Positions 59,992-64,000 of a stretch of 64,000 bases of DNA are shown one piece after another. Position 1 is the stretch's first letter. Each line of letters begins with the position of its first letter. This stretch comes from Pseudomonadaceae bacterium. GTDB lineage: Bacteria > Pseudomonadota > Gammaproteobacteria > Pseudomonadales > Pseudomonadaceae. The stretch spans positions 1,443,733-1,507,732 of the forward strand of contig OZ260094.1 of assembly GCA_965284505.1 (NCBI GenBank), given 5' to 3'. Below the pieces are notes generated by a model. That model saw only the letters and a program-made list of their open reading frames with translations. It was not told where the DNA came from and searched no databases. A program made the translations under genes and the position numbers.

Positions 59992-61362
59992 ATGACCACA
60001 ACACGCTCGAAAACGGCTCTTTTCATCGGCCTGCCGCTGACCCTGGCGATCATTGCCAGCAGCGGCCTGGCGATTTGGGACTATGGCTTTCGGGACAACC
60101 CCGGGTATCCGGTCAAGGTGATGAAGCAGGCCGAAGAGCTGCACGAACGCATGCTCTCGTTCGACAGCCACATCACCGTGCCCCAGGATTTCGGCACCCA
60201 GGGCAATGAAGTCGACAAGGATGGCAGCGGCCAGTTCGACCTGGTCAAGGCCAATCGCGGGCGGCTGTCCGGCGCGGCGCTGACGATCTTCGGTTGGCCG
60301 GAAATGTGGAACGGCCCCAACGCGCCGCACAAGCCCACCGCCGGGTTCGTCGATGAAGCGCGCAACCAGCAGGAGATTCGTTTCAAGATCATCACCGGCA
60401 TGCTCCGCGACTTCCCCAACCAGGTCGGCATCGCCTACAGCCCCGAGGATTTCCGTCGCCTGCACAGCGAAGGCAAGTTCGCGATTTTCATCAGCATGCT
60501 CAACGCCTACCCACTGGGCCACGACCTGAGCCTGCTGGACCTGTGGACCGCGCGCGGCATGCGCATGTTCGGTTTCAGTTACGTCGGCAACAACGACTGG
60601 GCCGATTCCTCGCGCCCGCTGCCGTTTTTCAACGATTCGCCGGATGCCCTCGACGGCCTGTCCGACCTCGGCAAGCAAGCGGTGCAGCGCCTCAACGACC
60701 TGGGGGTGATCATCGATGTCTCGCAGATGTCGACCAAGGCCCTGGAGCAAGTCGCGCAACTGAGCCGCACGCCGATGGTCGCCTCGCACTCGGCCCCGCG
60801 CGCCATGGTGGATATCCCGCGCAACCTCAGCGACAAGGAAATGCAGCTGATCAAGCACAGCGGCGGCGTGGTGCAGATCGTCGGCTTCTCCCAGTACCTG
60901 CGCCCCCTGACCCAGACCACCCAGGACAAGCTCAACGCCCTGCGCGCGCGCTTCGATTTGCCGCCGCTGCCGAACCTGGCCATGGCCCTGATGCCGGGCG
61001 ATCCGATCATCGCCGCCTGGCCCGAGCAGAAGTTCGGCGAGTACGCCAGCCAGCTCTATGCCATCCTCGAAGAGGAACCCAAGGCCAGCCTCAAAGACCT
61101 GGGCGACGCCATCGACTATGCGGTGCGCAAGATTGGCATCGACCACGTCGGCATCAGCTCCGACTTCAATGAAGGCGGTGGGGTCAAGGGCTGGGAGAAC
61201 GTCGGCGACACGCGCAACGTCACCGCCGAACTGCTCTCGCGCGGCTACTCCGAAGCCGATATCGCCAAGCTCTGGGGCGGCAACTTCCTGCGGGTCTGGG
61301 CCCAGGTCGAGAAAGCCGCAAAACCGGCGCTGGCCACCGCTGGGGACACCCCGCAGCCATGA
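59992..61362 (+). CDS. pvdM: PvdM dipeptidase-like protein
   Basis: N-terminal TM, DSHIT, IIDVSQMS, ASHS, DHVGISSDF, GGNFLRV. Start may be 59986. Confidence 0.9.
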   Translation: MTTTRSKTALFIGLPLTLAIIASSGLAIWDYGFRDNPGYPVKVMKQAEELHERMLSFDSHITVPQDFGTQGNEVDKDGSGQFDLVKANRGRLSGAALTIFGWPEMWNGPNAPHKPTAGFVDEARNQQEIRFKIITGMLRDFPNQVGIAYSPEDFRRLHSEGKFAIFISMLNAYPLGHDLSLLDLWTARGMRMFGFSYVGNNDWADSSRPLPFFNDSPDALDGLSDLGKQAVQRLNDLGVIIDVSQMSTKALEQVAQLSRTPMVASHSAPRAMVDIPRNLSDKEMQLIKHSGGVVQIVGFSQYLRPLTQTTQDKLNALRARFDLPPLPNLAMALMPGDPIIAAWPEQKFGEYASQLYAILEEEPKASLKDLGDAIDYAVRKIGIDHVGISSDFNEGGGVKGWENVGDTRNVTAELLSRGYSEADIAKLWGGNFLRVWAQVEKAAKPALATAGDTPQP

Positions 61363-62633
61363 GCAATCGTCGCGATTTTCTCAAGCACGCCGGCCTGCTT
61401 GCCGCCAGCCTGCCGTTGACCGGCGCCCTGCCCGCCATCGCCCTGGCGGACACCTCGCCAACCGGCGACAAGTGGGCGCAACTGCGCCAGTTGTTCAATC
61501 AGGATCCGGCCTGGCTGCACTTCTCCAACTTCCTCATCACCAGCCACCCGACGCCGGTGCGCGAGGCGATCGAACGGCACCGCGCCGCCCTCGATAACAA
61601 CCCCGGGATGGCCATGGACTGGGACCTCGGTGTGGTCGAACAGCGCGAGCAGAACGTGCGCAGCTGGGCCGCTCGCTACCTGCAGGCCGACCCTCGGCAG
61701 ATCGCCCTGACCGGCAGCACCACCGAAGGCCTGGCGATGATCTACGGCGGTGTGCAGGTGCGCGCCGACCAGGAAATCCTCAGCACCGAGCACGAGCACT
61801 ACGCGACCCACAGCATCCTCGAACTGCGCAACCAGCGCGAAGGCACCCAGGTGCGCAAGATCCGCCTGTTCGACGACACGCAAAGCCTGTCCAGTGATCA
61901 GATCCTCGCGCGCATCGAGCAGAACATCCGCCCGCAGACCCGCGTGCTGGGCATGACCTGGGTGCATTCGGGCAGCGGCGTGAAGCTGCCCATCGCCGAG
62001 ATTGGGGCGCTGGTCGAGCGGCACAACCGCCAGCGCGCCGACGGCGAGCGACTGATCTACGTGGTCGATGGCGTACACGGTTTTGGGGTCGAGGACCTCA
62101 GTTTCCCGGCGATGAACTGCGACTTTTTCATCGCCGGCACCCACAAATGGCTGTTCGGCCCGCGCGGCACCGGCATCGTCTGCAGCCGCAGTGTGGAGGT
62201 CAAGTACGTCACGCCAATCATCCCGACCTTCTCCGAGGCCGAGCACTTCTCCACCACCATGACCCCGGGCGGCTACCACTCGTTCGAACACCGCTGGGCC
62301 CTCGACGAAGCCTTCAAGCTGCACCTGCAATTGGGCAAGGCCGAGGTCCAGGCGCGCATTCACCAGCTCAACAGCTACCTGAAACAGCGCCTGCAGCAAC
62401 TGCCGCAGATCGAGTTGGTGACGCCCCTGAGCCCGCACTTTTCCTCGGGCTTCACCTTCTTTCGGGTCAAGGGCCAGGACGCCGACAAGATCGCCGCCTA
62501 CCTGATGGCCAACCGCGTGGTCAGCGACGCCGTGCACCGTGATGTCGGCCCGGTGATCCGCACCGCCCCCGGCCTGCTCAACAACGAGGAACAGATCGAT
62601 CGCCTGCTGGCCGTCCTGACCAAGACCCTGTGA
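61359..62633 (+). CDS. pvdN: PvdN PLP-dependent tailoring enzyme (Tat-exported)
   Basis: MSNRRDFLK Tat signal; VVDGVHGFG, AGTHKWLFGPRG. Confidence 0.92.
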   Translation: MSNRRDFLKHAGLLAASLPLTGALPAIALADTSPTGDKWAQLRQLFNQDPAWLHFSNFLITSHPTPVREAIERHRAALDNNPGMAMDWDLGVVEQREQNVRSWAARYLQADPRQIALTGSTTEGLAMIYGGVQVRADQEILSTEHEHYATHSILELRNQREGTQVRKIRLFDDTQSLSSDQILARIEQNIRPQTRVLGMTWVHSGSGVKLPIAEIGALVERHNRQRADGERLIYVVDGVHGFGVEDLSFPAMNCDFFIAGTHKWLFGPRGTGIVCSRSVEVKYVTPIIPTFSEAEHFSTTMTPGGYHSFEHRWALDEAFKLHLQLGKAEVQARIHQLNSYLKQRLQQLPQIELVTPLSPHFSSGFTFFRVKGQDADKIAAYLMANRVVSDAVHRDVGPVIRTAPGLLNNEEQIDRLLAVLTKTL

Positions 62634-62683
62634 CCCTCCAGCTCCGCGAGGGCCATTTTTTTTTGCCTTTATCGAGACCCCAG

Positions 62684-63571
62684 ATGAACAGTGAGCTGCG
62701 TCGTTTTTCCCTGAAAACACTCCCCGCACTGGCCTTCGCCGCCCTCACCTGCAGCCTGTTGCCCGGCACCGCCCTGGCCGCAGCGCCACAGCCACCGGGC
62801 AAGGTGTTCAAGGACTGCAAGGACTGCCCGCAAATGGTCGTGCTGCCTGCGGGCACTTTCACCATGGGCACCCCGGACGACGAAGTCGGCCACGAGCCGG
62901 ATGAATCGCCGCTGCACCCGGTGACCTTCGCCCAGCCCGTGGCCATCAGCCGCTTCCAGGTGCTCAAGGGCGAGTGGGATGCCTACCTGCGCGACACCGG
63001 CTACCGCATGCCGGACGGTGACGAGCGCCCGGGTCGCGAGTGCAAGGCCGGCATCCCGCGTTACGAGTACGGGGCCAGGCATCCGGCGGTGTGCATGGAC
63101 TTTGCCGAAGCCAACGCCTATGTCGCCTGGCTGTCGAAGAAGACCGGCCAACAGTATCGCCTGGTCAGCGAAGCCCTGCGCGAGTACGCCGCGCGGGCGG
63201 GCAGCAGTGGGCCGTTTCCGTTTCCCTTCGACGAAGGCAAGGCGTACAGCATCGCCAAACACGCCAACACTTATGGTGCTGCCGACGGCTACAACTTCAC
63301 CGCGCCTGCCGGGCGTTTTCCGGCCAACGCCTTCGGTCTGTATGACCTGCACGGCAACGTCTATGAGTGGACCGCCGACTGCTACAACGACAGCTACGTC
63401 AACGCCCCCGCCGACGGCAGCGCCTGGCTCAGCGGCCAGTGCGAGTTCAAGCGCATCCGCGGCAATGACTGGGGCGAAGCGCCGGTGTTCTCGCGCTCTG
63501 GCAACCGCAATGCGCTGGCCCCAGCCGAGCGCGGTGACTGGATCGGCTTTCGGGTAGCCCGCGACCTGTAG
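62684..63571 (+). CDS. pvdO: PvdO, formylglycine-generating-enzyme-family protein
   Basis: FKDCKDCPQMVVLPAGTFTMG, ANAFGLYDLHGNVYEW, GFRVARDL. Confidence 0.92.
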   Translation: MNSELRRFSLKTLPALAFAALTCSLLPGTALAAAPQPPGKVFKDCKDCPQMVVLPAGTFTMGTPDDEVGHEPDESPLHPVTFAQPVAISRFQVLKGEWDAYLRDTGYRMPDGDERPGRECKAGIPRYEYGARHPAVCMDFAEANAYVAWLSKKTGQQYRLVSEALREYAARAGSSGPFPFPFDEGKAYSIAKHANTYGAADGYNFTAPAGRFPANAFGLYDLHGNVYEWTADCYNDSYVNAPADGSAWLSGQCEFKRIRGNDWGEAPVFSRSGNRNALAPAERGDWIGFRVARDL

Positions 63572-63585
63572 CCCGACCGGCCGCT

Positions 63586-63609
63586 TAAATTCACCCCGCC
63601 GACCCTCGT
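63586..63609 (+). promoter_or_regulatory. PvdS box for pvdE
   Basis: TAAAT-N16-CGT. Confidence 0.88.
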
Positions 63610-63685
63610 TCCACAGGTGTGCGCACGGCACTGCCGTGCGCCCCCTACCCCAGGCTTTCGCCGCTCCTTCACCCAGGGAACCTCC

Positions 63686-64000
63686 ATGAGCAAACCAACA
63701 CGCGGGGTGATCAATGAATTGTTCAGCCTGCTCAAACCCTTTCGGTTGATCGTCATCGGCTCCATCCTGTTGGGCATGGTCGGCGGACTCAGCGTGACGG
63801 CGCTGCTGGCGACCATCAACAACGCCCTGCACTCGGACAGCGGCCTGAGCAACGCGGTGGTCGGCGCCTTCGCCGGGTTGTGCCTGCTGGCGCTGGCCAG
63901 TTCGATCTGTTCCGACATCGGCACCAACTACGTCGGCCAGCACATCATTGCCAAACTGCGCAAAGAGCTGGGGGAGAAAGTGCTGTCGGCGCCCATCGAG
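63686..64000 (+). CDS. pvdE: 5' part of PvdE cyclic-peptide (ferribactin) export ABC transporter; runs off the window edge
   Basis: Manual translation MSKPTRGVINELFSLLKPFRLIVIGSILLGMVGGLSVTALLATINNALH...SDIGTNYVGQHIIAKLRKELGEKVLSAPIE, PvdE/SyrD-like; preceded by a PvdS box. Confidence 0.85.
   Translation, partial: MSKPTRGVINELFSLLKPFRLIVIGSILLGMVGGLSVTALLATINNALHSDSGLSNAVVGAFAGLCLLALASSICSDIGTNYVGQHIIAKLRKELGEKVLSAPIE

Overview
High-GC Pseudomonas (fluorescens-complex-like) chromosomal window, mostly conserved core loci. In order: the 5' part of a CHASE-domain sensor; rlmKL, rmf (with leader) and pyrD; a nitrate-assimilation cluster (nasS-nasT, MFS transporter, PP2C/Ser-Thr kinase fusion, a half-length NirB, nitrate reductase, cobA) with three sigma54 promoters and two ANTAR attenuators; the oprF-sigX-cmpX-crfX-cmaX-rraA-estX block; ppsA/ppsR; a MocR regulator with an EamA exporter; a methylcitrate operon lacking prpD; a protease/7TM transglutaminase-like/ATP-grasp operon; pabB, thrH and cysH; a small accessory patch (two type II toxin-antitoxin pairs, small secreted proteins, a candidate sRNA) next to tRNA-Ser(GGA); and part of the pyoverdine locus (pvdA, fpvI, pvdRT-opmQ, pvdP, pvdMNO, start of pvdE) with five PvdS boxes. 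Nine REP/REPIN-type elements plus one lone REP are present. I found no CRISPR array, integrase, transposase or recognisable defence island, and no unambiguous novel system. The best leads are (1) the cleanly truncated NirB with no nirD, possibly repurposed as a dedicated electron donor for nitrate reductase, (2) the nitrate-attenuated phosphatase-kinase, (3) the uncharacterised ATP-grasp peptide-modification operon and (4) the tRNA-Ser-proximal accessory patch. All family assignments come from recalled motifs, not database searches.
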